This document shows positions 24,951 through 37,555 of a stretch of 64,000 bases of DNA, piece after piece (the stretch's first letter is position 1; each line of letters begins with the position of its first letter). The notes under the pieces are model-generated. The model searched no databases. It had not been told where the DNA came from and saw nothing but the letters and a program-made list of their open reading frames with translations. Source of the DNA: Marsupella aquatica (lineage: Eukaryota > Plantae > Marchantiophyta); contig OZ316891.1 of NCBI GenBank assembly GCA_973895155.1, positions 7,867,808 to 7,931,807 of the forward strand. Reading direction: 5' to 3'. The translations under genes and the position numbers were made by a program.

Positions 24951-26298
24951 TTTTGCTTTATTGGTTGCGAGTTTACGTTACTGTGAGTTCACTTCAGTGA
25001 TGGGCGGACACAAATTAAGGCCTAAATGAGGCAAAGAGCTGAACTACCCGAAACCTTCAACGGGAGGCCACTCTGCCCTGTCGGCTTGTCCCCTTGAACA
25101 TTTACTTTCCATTTCCCATTGGTATCTCGAGGACTACCCCCTGTGTACTTCCAGCTTGTACCTTGAGGAACTCTCAAGGTTATTCAAGGGTAATTGCATA
25201 GAAAAGTACAACTAGCTTTAGTATGATGTAAAGTGCTCAAAGAATGAAAATTCCCCAATAAGTGAGGCTCGAGATGAACAATAGTTACTTCCTTTCTTCC
25301 ATCTGTTGGTAATTCTCTTCACAAGAGCAAATTTAATGGGGCCAGAGAAAAAGAGGGTGCCAGGGCCATAGTATCTGGGCTAATACCGGAGCATTACCTT
25401 AGTGTACTTTTTAGATAACTACTGTAGGTTAGGTTGAAGCTTTGCAAAGTGGCCACAGCCCCAAGAGCATAAGATCTCATCAATAAACTGGTATTAATGT
25501 GTTGTAGAAGCTCCCTTGAGAGTAGGAAATGAAGTTCTTTCAACAGGGGATCTGTTTCGATATTTGGCTGGAAAATTGAGATTCAATAGCAAAAGGATCT
25601 GTTTGAAAGGGCAATGAGAGTCCCCTACACAAAGTTCGATACATACAGGTGAGGGGGTTCTTTCTCCTAGATATACTGTAGGTGTCAAGTTCCTTCTTGG
25701 CTCCATTAAATAACCTGTACTTTCTTTGTTTCCTTGAAGAAAACCTGTGGCTTGGACAACTGACTTCCTCTATATTAAAGTTTGTCATTCGACTTCTCAG
25801 GGTGATGCACAGTCAATTTTTAAAGTTTAAGCTACATTGATTCGCTGGATGGACTTCAATAGCAACGGTTGGAGTCTTCAGGGCTGAAGATGGCAGTGAT
25901 CCAGTGCGTGCAAAACATGTTTGATAGCATAATTTTTAAGCAAGTCTGTCTCTTCCCGTTCCTAGAGCCTTGGACAAGAATATAAGATCTCAGGACAAGG
26001 TCTATATTGCTCCGATCATCAAGCATTGTAAGTCGTAGTTTTTGAACGGCATGTGTGGTTTAATATGTCCGCACCAATCATCAAGCATTTTAAGTGGACG
26101 CGAGACATGAGGACTTGCAAGTATATAAGTACACCAAGACAAAGGTGAGGACACCAATAAACTCACACTTGTGACAGGTGCTTCTACTAAGGCGGTTTGG
26201 AAAATCTTAACGAGTATTCATAGCAAGGATTCCAGCAAGAGAGTTTTAACTTCACAGGTAAACAACCAATCTCACTTTAGTCCCGAGTATCCGTAAGG

Positions 26299-29200
26299 TT
26301 AAGCGCCCATTAACCCCATGAACAGGCCCTCCTTTCCTTCCTTTTCTGGCAAGTCACTAACAGTAGAAACATCTAGAGTCCCTACTGTCACTCTGTGTTT
26401 ATAAAGCTGTTGTTGGGGAAAACTTTGCCTAACGTCTTCTTTTGTGGATATTTGAGGTGGTGCTTCATCTGTACTTTCAACTGATTGTGACACAATTTGC
26501 TTCAACGACTTCAATGATTCAATTAAACCCAAGGGGTTCATATCATCAGCATGACTTGGGGAATCCCCATGGTTACAGACTCCACGTGAAGCGCTGTCTG
26601 TCACGTTTTCAAGCCTCTCTGCAACCATGCATTGGACGGGATAGACAACACAATTTGCTCCGTCCAATTAGTTCAATATAAGTTTGAGAAACGATGATGA
26701 CTGTGCATCTTCCGTTGAGGTGCATGCTAAGACCTCACAAGCCCCAATCTTCATAGCAAAGGTTGATTTGGATCTTGTTCACGAATTTCCTTTGCAATTT
26801 CATTGGATGTTTATTTTGGATATGTACCCCACGTTTAGCAAAGGGTTGGGCATGACTCTTATCTCTTATGAGACTTTACAATCCCGATTTGGATGAGACA
26901 GTCTGGGCTCTCTAGAATGCAACCTCAATTACTAAGACTGGCAAATTTTGCACTTTGGAAGCAAGCTCGAAAGAAGCAATTACAATGTGCCTATCATTCA
27001 CTTAGTTGGTAGCAAGAAGGTCCAGTGGGCATTGATTCGTTACCGGGGACTCCATTACTTTCTTCTTGGAAAATAAAGCCATGCATCTCCCGCTGCTCCT
27101 TCTCCACTATATTGGAGGGGGAATATGTTGCAGGTGGATGATACAGTTGCTCGTTGCCAATATGAGAAACCTAGTACATTCCACATATTTATTGAAAACC
27201 ATGTTAGATTAAAGGTTGGATGATTTTGTCCACATCAAGCGGTGAGGTGGTGCTCAGCTTACAGCAGTGAGACTGTCATTTCCGTCAACTACTCATCACG
27301 TGTTCATTTACCTTCATGAGAGACCTTTTCTTTTGAATCTCTGGCCTAAATGTGCATTCCTTCATCTCCACGGACTGTCTCTCTTGGCGCATTGTTTCCA
27401 TGTCTGCTTGCCACTTGGCTTTGTCTGCTAGAATCAGCTTATACCACTGACGGCTTGAGCTGCAGAAGGAACTAGATGTTAGAAGAAATGTAACAAGTAA
27501 ACAGAATCAGTAAAAATCAATAAAGTGATTCGCTTCAGAACGGCACCTGAATCTTCTTCTTCGGCAAGCAAGATTTCGGGAGTAACGATCCATCTTAAAT
27601 TGAAGGTGTACTGGGCTATCATGCCTTTTGTGTTTTACCACCAGATGAACTGTGCCTGGTTTATGAGCTTGTTCCTGTTTGCGAGATAGACGAATGAACA
27701 AAACAGCAAAGTGAGTTAATTCTAAGAATATGATTATACAGACTTTGAAGATGTTTAGTACGAGTAAAATTGCAGCTTTTGCACATAGCGTGTGCCAAGG
27801 GGCAATTGATGTAGACAAGTCTAAAAAGGACCGGAACTTTAGCAGTTATAGGTTGATCCCAGTCAACACTACGTTAATACATGAATCAATGGAGAGATCA
27901 CGACCAAAGCATATAGATTATTAGAACCCAGGGAGAAGCTGTAAACATAGCCACCTTTAATATGGACCAAACCGGTAGTTTTATGTCCACCATGTAAGGT
28001 GACAAACCACAGGAGCTGACACAATACTATCTTGTTTTCCAATTGTACAATGCCGGACCTATCCTAGTGGGCAGGTGCAACATCTGATAATTGTCACCAC
28101 CCTCGACAGCTGGTACTTTCCCGTGTTCCACGTGACTAAGCAGAAAGTCTACCTGTATAATCTTCATTGAATCAGCAAATGATCGAAAATCGAGAATTTG
28201 TCCACCTGCCATCTTCCTTAATCTAACTACATCTTCAACAACGTCATCAGGCAGTTGATTTAAATCGGCAGTTTCCAGCTCCACGTAGCCATCCTGAAAA
28301 CAAGAACATATCACGTAAGCGCGAAAATAACGAGCCCGTGATCAAGACCGCAAGCCGTGCACCATAAGTTTGGAAATGAGAGCATCTTGACAGACCTTGT
28401 CTTCATCAAGATGGTCAAAAACTTGCTGAAACCTGCGCTCCATCACACCATCAAGCAGTTTCTTCGACTTTGACCCAACGTAATGGCAACTCGCTTGATT
28501 CCTCCTAATTTGTAAATCCCTTTTAGCCAACCACTCCTTTTTTCTTTCCATAGAGTCTTTAAGCTGGTACAAGAATTCTCCAATTGGCAAGTCACTGGTA
28601 TTTCTCTGTATCACGCATCAAGGCAATGAGGTCAAGACTACCAAACACCTGCTCAAAGTGCTTTGCAATTTTATAGAACCATTTATGCACGGTTCTGAGT
28701 ATACCTCTTTAAAGTGAACCGAGACTTATGCCCGTCTGAGAATGCCCATGGTCTGCAGATGTGTTCTCACAAATGTTGTAACATAGAAAACTCTTGAGAG
28801 TATCGACTGGCATATCAACCAGGATGGGGCTACACGAAGGTTGGGATGAACATAGCCAGTGTACCAGTCACCTATCTCTTGCCTCTTGAGGAAATCAGTC
28901 ATCCCGATGTTCGCGGATTTGACACAAAAACCTGAAGAGACTTTGAGATCTTACAACTAGATTGACTACAATAGAGACCAAAAATAGCCCACAACAGTAC
29001 AGGGCACAATGCTTATCACACAGTTCATTGCTTACATCATATATTGGCTTCCTTCCAGTTACAGGAGTGAAAAGTTCCTGGCCTGTGGCTGGGTCAATTG
29101 GTTTCGAAGCCATCTGCTGACACATTTGCTTTTTCTCCATAGATTTTGATGCATAATGCAGCAACCTATCAAAGACTGTTCCTTCCTGATGGTACTCATC

Positions 29201-32102
29201 ATCCATCTCTAGGGCCTGTGACTGCCTTTGTCTGTTGACACGGGGCTGAAATGTGACTCTGCACAAACAAGTAGGCGTTTTTAGATAATAAACATACGGT
29301 GGTTGACAAGTGGGGAGCACCACTCGATCTGCGACATGAGAAAAGATCCTGGCCTTAGTTTCACACATTGTTACATGTATTATTCTCTGAACAAAACTGA
29401 TTCTTGAGGAAAGGTCATGGGAGAGCATATTATCTTCTTGTAACTTAGGTTGATATTGAGGTGTAATCGGGATACATCCACGGAGTTTAAACTGACCCTT
29501 CAGGATACCATTGCATGTATTCAGCTTGGCGTCTACGTCGATTCTCTGCATCTAGAAACAGTTGGTCAAAGCGGGAAGTGCTTGAATCCTTGCCATCATG
29601 CAGAATCTTTTCAGAATATCTCCACTGATTTATTCGAGGTTTGAAGGTACACTCCATGAGCTTCGCCTCCCAAATCTGTATCATTGAAAAAGTGATTCAT
29701 GAAACCTCACCAGGAGAGCTAGTTTAGTGCTTACCTAAACAGCTCTTATCAATGTGAAGGATGAAGACGTCATGAATAATTCAAGTTATTACCTCATTTC
29801 GCAATTCTTGCAATTGATCCTGCCTTGGTTTATCATGTGTTTGTAGCCTTTGCCAGATCTGTCCCTGATTTCGTCTGATCTGCTTCGCACGCTTGCTTCA
29901 CATAGAACATACTAGTTGAATTACCTAAGCCATTGAGGATCAAGATAGCCTTTCAAAACAGATTGCAGCCAAGATGTAAACAAGCAGCTACTAAACTATT
30001 GGACAATTCACGAATTGCTGAATTTCGAACTAGCCAACGACTCTCATCTTTAGAACTCAAAATATCAAATAGCCTTCTTTGTTAGTAGTATAATTTGACA
30101 GATACTTCGTAGTTCCGCAAATAGTCATTGCACCTAGACTCCTTAGACTCCTTAGATGTAGACCGATTCTCGCAAATCTTGAAGGTCCCGTTGAGGTCAT
30201 TAGTACCCAAGACAAGGACGAAAATTGGAAACCAACGAATAAATAAATAAATGTCAAACCACCTAAGACGGAGAAAATATGAAGCAATTTGAGATCCAAA
30301 AACATTTACACAGATTAGTATGGTAGGTACCTGATCTCCGGTTTCAGAGTCAACTCCCTCAACTCCTTCAATTCATCTTCTTGTTGTTTCTTCGCTATCA
30401 GTTGCTTCAACTGTTCTTTTTTGTTCAGTCCTTCTGAGTAGAGCAGTTCACCATAATTTCTGTATTGCTTTGCTGTTCTTCCTCGCATCCGCCAGACTCT
30501 CCAAGACCTCTGCCATTTCCTGTTCTTAAATGAATCTTTGAAGAAATGACACAACACAGACATCCTACACAAGCCATCTAGCAACCCTTCAATTCTACAT
30601 GTATCAAAACCACTCATACAAAGTGGTTGGCTGCCTAAATAACGGCTGAGAGAAGGACAATCTATTGGCATACTGTTGACTGAAACCGTACGCAAGTGCA
30701 TCCCCTTGCTGAATTCATAGGTGCTCCATTGTTAACAGTTGGGTTCGGAACAGCAAATTTTGTACACCTTTGAGACACATGCTCTGTCCCGTTCAATTTT
30801 CTCTTGGTACATCTCCAGATTTCGAGCTTTGTCACATTCGCTTCGCTGCTTCTGTCGCAAAAACTCAGCATAGAGACGCATGTACACGGCTTTCTGTTTA
30901 CCAAAGAAAACCACAACTCAAATTTAGGACAGATTTTGTGACGACCAGGACGACAGCAAAACATGCAGTTGAACACATAAACAATGGGAGAAAACCTGCA
31001 GATTGGAACTTAAAGCCACTCGGCGCAGGTGGAATTATTACCGCCCTCTCTGAAATAGGCCGCTGAGCAATGTTCTCAAGTTCCTTCCTTTTATCCCGTT
31101 CCGGTGCTTGAGGCCTCTTAGCCAGACTCGTTAACGTTGGTGCGAGTAGACGTTCCGAAAGTCTTCGCATGGTTTTCATCTGTTTCTTGGCTTGTGTTCC
31201 GTTGGCCATGCAATTTTCCTGCCCTCCTCGACCAGGCACTCCACCCACTGGAGAATTCTTCTGTTTGCAACCACAACATCTTACAGATCTGTTCTCCTGA
31301 TCGGATGTGAAACCATTATGATGGTTAGGTGAACAAGAACCGCTGGCATCCTTCTTCGGTGCTCCTTGTTGCACCCAAGAGTCATCCCTAGAGCCACTCT
31401 TCTCCCTACCACCTGAAAATACGGCTTCCTCATCTTCCGTGCTGCAGACAATTCACAGAAAAGTAAAGTCATTCGTCTAACATAATTGATAGTTACACAG
31501 AGTTCAAACTAAGATATCATTCTGTCACAAAGGGGGACGGAAAGCCAACAGAGAGTGTACCGATCATGAAGCATTTTCATTTATGAAAATGTCTGATGGT
31601 CACACCCAAACAAGAGATTCACTGTATCATATTCGTTGATTGGCAACCGAGAAAATGCGTCAAAACACAGGGAAAGGAGGATGAGTGGCACTATATAGCA
31701 AATGTTAATAAATTTCGTTCCAATGAGGATGAGAATCGTAAGATTCAAAATGCAAATGAAGATGAAAACCTGATATTGACAATGTTGCTGACTATATGCT
31801 CCGTCAGGGGGGCCACAAACTGATCCGGAAGAGAATGGTCTCTACAAAACTTAGTGGCCACAGCTTCCGCCGAGTCGCCCTCTCGCATCTCGATGTGCTC
31901 GACGCAGCCATCTTCAATCTCCACGGTAATTGCCAGAAGAACTCTTCGATCGTCGACCTCATTTTCTACAAAAGGACTTGACAAAAAACTTCATGAACAT
32001 AGGAAAATGAGATCCAGAAGAATGCTCTGAGCCCAAAACAGCGGAGCAATGAGGTTTATAAGTGGCACCTTTGGTTGGAATATTGCGGTGCTGCTCTTGC
32101 AT
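26299..32102 (-). CDS. 14-exon uncharacterised coiled-coil protein (~837 aa) with an N-terminal alpha/beta domain, TFxP-type repeats and an EF-hand-like loop
   Basis: Phase-consistent GT-AG exons: 32102-32069, 31965-31770, 31441-31042, 30893-30768, 30509-30331, 29895-29793, 29675-29497, 29258-29036, 28605-28396, 28293-28153, 27674-27547, 27459-27312, 27170-27044, 26618-26299. Motifs ELTLKPEI, ECTFKPRIN, VTFQPRVN, ECTFRPEI and VFDHLDEDK|DGYVE. The last exon is the least certain. Confidence 0.82.
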
Positions 32103-33749
32103 GCCAATGCTTCCGAACTCACGCTTGCGAGCTATCTACAAAGCAAGAACATCATTCCCAATCATCCAATTCATATGCTCGAGGTGTCGACTTTGGTTTT
32201 CGTGGTTGCTAGTGGAGAATTGTGGTGACATGTTTATATGCTTTGTTTTCGTGGATGCTTGTGGGGAATTGTGGTGACATGTTTACTCATGTTCGGGTTT
32301 TGGGCTTTCTTGTCACATTTCATACACTTATTCTATGGTGATTTGTTTTTGGAGGACCATCGTTTTGACATACATTTTCCGATGACAAGTGGAAAAAGAC
32401 CAAACTACTGAAAGGGCCGAACAAAATACAATGGAGTAAAAGCTCAAAGAGGTCGAGTGAGCACAAACACTGAACTCCAAGGAAACGGGCAAAGGCGAAC
32501 CAACAAACTCTAGAAAAATAAAAACTTATGACTGCAATAGTGTGATAGTCTATTGGGGCACATATATAGTGTCTTGACTAAGTCTGCAAGTGGACTAAGT
32601 CTGCAAGTGGGTGAGCCTCTAATATTTAATCTGTACGCTTATAGGCTTTGAGGATAATTAATCCTCTTTATCCTAAACTGATTCCCTGCAAAAGTTGCAC
32701 AATCTCTGTACTTCAGATTGTGCAATAGACTGACTAAATCTTGGTGGAATTTATTGACTTTTTTTATGAAAGGCCACGTAGTGTCAAATTTATTCCGAGA
32801 CAAACACCTGCCGCGCCGGGGAAAGAAAAGACAAATACGAATGTCACAGTGCCATGCGCCAACCAGAGAAAATCCTGGGCCACCAGGGCTAGACCTTTGG
32901 GCCCCCAATTGTCACGCTTTTTACAATGAATTTGCAATGACTTTGAGTTTTAATTTGAATGAATTTGCAAAATCAAAGTCACTCAATTGCAATATTGGCT
33001 TGGTTTGGCCCCTTGTGTTGTTCTTCTTTCAAGTAAAAATGTATATTTCAATTCAAACAAAATCAATGGCAAGCAGACAATCCCCAAATACAAGGCAGCA
33101 AATTGATTGAATTGAATAGAAAGAGCCAAAGTAAAGTCATCTTGAACTTGAGATTGAAATCAATTAGAAATAGAGAGTCAAGAATAAAACCAACTTTAAA
33201 TAAAATATGGTGATTGAAGTATTTGCAAGCAGTTTTTTTAATGAATCAAACACAACTGCTGTTTTTGTCCTCTCTCCTTTCAACATCCAAACATCACGGC
33301 TACAGTGTTCCTTAAATATCCAGAGTATCACTTATCATAGGACCAAGAGAAGGACCACTGTAAACCAAGGAAGCTCAGCTGGCCATAGCCTAGTTGCAAT
33401 AGTGCCAAGCTCCCATCTAGTGAAAAGTCACAGAATGAACTGATTCCACTGTGGCCTCTGATTTTAAAAGCGTAGCACCCTGTTGATTGCAGAATAAATT
33501 CTAAACTATTCCCATTTTTTAGATATCCTGCAAAGAAATTGGAATTGCCCAATTGATATTTTATGAAACCTTACTCGGCAGCTAAGCCACACTCAATTCA
33601 ACATGCCACCCTTGATTTTTTAGAGTATTGGGTGCTTGTATTCACCCACTAGACTCCCTAGTATGATTGCCCATAAATCAGTAGAACCATTAATCATTGC
33701 CCTTTGCTAAGGAATGAAATTACGGTATTAATTTCTGACCGGCTGTTAT

Positions 33750-35150
33750 GCATTAAAGCATTTTTTGATATCTGCATTTGAGATAGTCAATGTTTTGTAG
33801 ACTCAAAGGTGGTTATGAAATCTCACAAGTGGAACAGATAGTGAAGATTGGTTATAATGTTGATTGTATTGCTTCGGCCTTAGTCCTGCAGCTTTGAATT
33901 TTAGATGACTTTCTAGAAATGAAAGTAGCCTTGGCGTAGGGTACAATAACCAGGTAACAGAATTGCCGCAAGAACAAGGGACCAACAACTATGATTGACA
34001 TGCTTTCAGAAGAACTATAAGGATGATGAGTACATTATAGGGTGCTCAAACCAAATTTGCAAAGAAACAAAATGAGGAGATGTGTCATTGTTTGGGGGCT
34101 ACTGAATAACCACAGGTAGTTTTTGCTCACAAGTTTCCATGATCATTATGCTTCCATGTGGCTTTTCAGGACTGTCCATAACCATATCCAAATGTCCTAA
34201 AAACTCTGGAGTTTAGTGCTTATTTAAGGATTGGTAACACCTCTTCAATGTGCAATGCCCATCAAAATTGGAAGCAAGTTAGGACTGTGCCATCAATATG
34301 GGTCATGGTGAGATGGAGATCAAGCTGGGATTTTTTTTCCGGTTCTGTAAGTTGAATCTATTCTTAATTTTGGATAGAGTGCATTAGTTCCCTTGGCTCA
34401 TTTGTTCAAAGCTGTTTAATATTAGACTCCGAGACGAGATTCAATGCATTCAGAGAATTGGAGTAGCAAACTACCGCATGTGTTGTCATCTTGGAGGGAT
34501 CCTCATGCAACTTCAACTTGCAAGAGATTGTAGGTCTCAAGGCCTTGCTTTCTCCAACTCTTCTTGAAGCTATTGGTAATTGTGGCTGCACGAAACACAT
34601 AGACAATGAGCCATAACTCTCATGATTGGACCAAGTTTTCCCAACAATTACTATTGCTATTGTGGACTTTTTTGAAGCTTAGTCTGCTTTAATTACTCAA
34701 TCTAAGAAATAATGTCAAACCCTAAACTACTAAACCACCACACTTCAATGAGCCCCTCATTTGCTTTCTTCAATATCATGATACAAATCTACTCTTTGAA
34801 CAAAAGTGTCATAGTTCAAAGCCTCCAATTGACAAATTAAGTGTGACTAACAGCACCATGAGGACCATTCTCTCATGTCCAAGCCCTCACTCAACTTAGT
34901 TCATATGTTTCCTTGCTGGAGTTAAAATATTTCATATGTGCTGCTTTAGAGTGAAAACCTATAAAAGTTAACACAACTTCCAACGAATCATATGCACTTG
35001 AGATTTGTTTTCCACTCTCTTGATCTAAGTTGATAAATTTGGGCCTCACCCTCTCTACAATAGATTTCAATTTTTTGTGGAGAAATCTCAATCATAGAAA
35101 CTATTTCAGTTGATTGAATCAGTGCCCAAGACTCTCCTCCAGGGCATTAG
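33750..35150 (-). mobile_element. Highly decayed L1-type LINE ORF2 3' remnant
   Basis: Fragmentary minus-strand motifs in L1 order: RVLGT (YLG-like), LKCGGLVV (GGLG-like, ~34740), TMTHLLIL-C (zf-RVT-like, ~34090), TWLLY-x-RLLSF (WxIWxxRN-like, ~33950). Many stops. Confidence 0.4.
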
Positions 35151-36014
35151 GTACGATCACGAAAATGGCATTTCTGGTAATAAGAAATATATCACTCATC
35201 ATAATTACAATAAGCATTGTATTAGTACTTCAACCCTCCAATCAACAGAATTGCAAGAGTTAATGGCCATGCGGATGATTAATCTGCCTAGCAGGGCAAA
35301 TTCCTGGGGCAAAAGCTGGTAGCTTGAAGAAGGACTTAAAGGAGCATACATAGCAACACTTACAGGCACGAAAGGTGTCTTTCCATGTGGAGTCAAATTG
35401 TGGATCCCTAAACTAAATTGCCTGACACTTTGTTGCCAGTCTCCAAGGAGAGGCAAGTTGGGTAATACATGGGGAAAAGATTATTAATTCCTTGACTTGA
35501 TCTGTCCTCTCCTCCATTGCCCACAATTTCCTCATTATATTTCAGAGCTCAGGCTGTCCTCATTTAGATCTGCTTAAGCTCAAGAATATGAGGAAAAAAA
35601 AGACTCTGGTCAAAGTACACCATAGAGGCAATTCTAACATGCAATACTACAAATTAGAGTCGGAAGTATATTTTAGCACGACAAATGTTTTTCTGTTGTA
35701 CTCCCCAAACTATGGTACAGGAGGACCCTCTCTGCAGTAGGCATAGGAGTAGATTATTGACATTAGTAAAATAATGTATTAGGCTGACAAGGTTTCGCTG
35801 GCAGATACCAGGTTTTCTATGAAACTCGAGTCTAGGTAGATGACCTTGACCAAGTATGGTTCTGAATTAGTAGCCCATTTCATCCTAAAGCTTCAGCTTA
35901 ATTCATTGTCCCATCCAAAAGCTTTGTTAATGAAGCTTGACAGACAAAAGTAAGCAGAGAGAAGATATAAGTAACCAAAACAAATCACAAATTTTTATAT
36001 ATTTTTTATAGAAG

Positions 36015-36135
36015 AGAACCAAAATTTATAAATGAGCGAAAAATAAAGTACAATGAAACGAAAGAAAAAGAGTTCCAAAGAGGACACACACCTAACCAGA
36101 AAAAAGTAAAGCAAGTGGAAACCTAAAAATGACAC
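36015..36135 (-). mobile_element. Short 3'-tail fragment of the same CRE-like family as 4660-6200
   Basis: ACCAAAATTTATAAA...AAAGTACAATGAA...GAAAGAAAA...GGACA-ACACC-AAC...AAAGCAAGTG-AA-CCTAAA is colinear with 4666-4780. Confidence 0.7.
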
Positions 36136-37555
36136 AAAAAAAAGAGAGAAAAGTGTCACAATCACAATGAAGCCAAATTTTCAACAGATTCTCACAAACA
36201 AACATGCGATCAATTGTTTTTTCAATACCATATATAATTAGCGAGATCAGGAAAGGCCCATTTTGGGCATTGCCTTATGTGTATTTATTTATTTTGTTTC
36301 TAGAATTAATACAATGGAGTTAGTTCCAGACAATAAGAATTGGAGCTTGAGAGAGGAGCTAAAAGCATCTTCACTCGTCAGAAGGCTAACTACCAACACT
36401 TCACATTAGCCCCATGGCCTTAACAGGCACTGGTTGTAAGTGTAGGAATTTCTATGAAAGACATGGATTTTTATCAACCTGGGAGCCAATTGGAGCTCCA
36501 ATGGGCCTTCCCATTCACAACCGTAGCTCTACCTCATTCTTAGGCGGCTGTGACCCCTAAACCAGCTTGCCGAGAATACCTTACACAAAGATACATTGAG
36601 GAGTTGCTGTCCTCCCCATCTCGAGACAAAAAACACTCATATACACTTTCACAACCAGGATGGACTACAGGAAACCTCTCTTTCTGCTTATCTGGTATGT
36701 TACCTGAGTGAAATGTGAAAAGAAAACTAGAACAGAAAGTCATTTTTGGAATTTTATGTGTCTCTCAATTCTCATTGAAATTTGAAGATATTAGGCTCAT
36801 TGAAAAGTTCTTTCCTAGCTGCTATTTCTAATTAGCCCCCAAATAGCCCATTCCATTGGATATAGAGGGAGATATTGAATGTCAAACTCAGCAGCTCAAA
36901 ACTTTCACAAATACAATGTATTGGACACTGAGTAATTCATAGCTCTCTCAATACTCCATGAAAACTAGAAATATTAGACTCAAATGGAGAAGATCTTTTG
37001 AAACAAATTATAATGAGCCCAAAACAGCTGGTTCTGTGGGATATCAAGAGATATTGAAAGTCAAATTTTGCCACTATTTTGATAAGGGTGTCCACAAGTG
37101 AAGGTGTACAGGATGTCATGGCCATGGGACTTGAATGGTTCACCAGCTCAGGCCATCCAGGCATCAACTTCCAGTTTCCACTTAAAATTAGAAGAAATTG
37201 CTCTATACTATGTAGCCACATGTTGGGTGTGTCTGGTCCATCGGAGTCCATAGGTTAAAAGTGGTGGTCCATCCAAGCATCTCCGGCTGACGTATATAAA
37301 TCTCTACTGTAGACCGAGAGCTTTGCGAATTGGCGATTTCGTTGAACAGAGCAAATCCTATCGACACTTTCGTCGATACTCTCGTCACTTGCATTCACTG
37401 ATCCACAGTGCGAGGTGCAGCGCAGGGGTCCAGATTCTGCGCAGGATGAGCTAGACGAAGCAATCAAATTCTGGGAAGGATGAATTAGAAGAAGAATGTC
37501 TTCTTTCAACGGACCATTGTGATTTGCGCTTCGACTGAAAGGAAGAAAGTAGGGC

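Noticed and set aside
25494-25788. Possible further exons of the EF-hand gene
   Set aside because: I could not link them in phase, and a stop at 26299 already closes the model.
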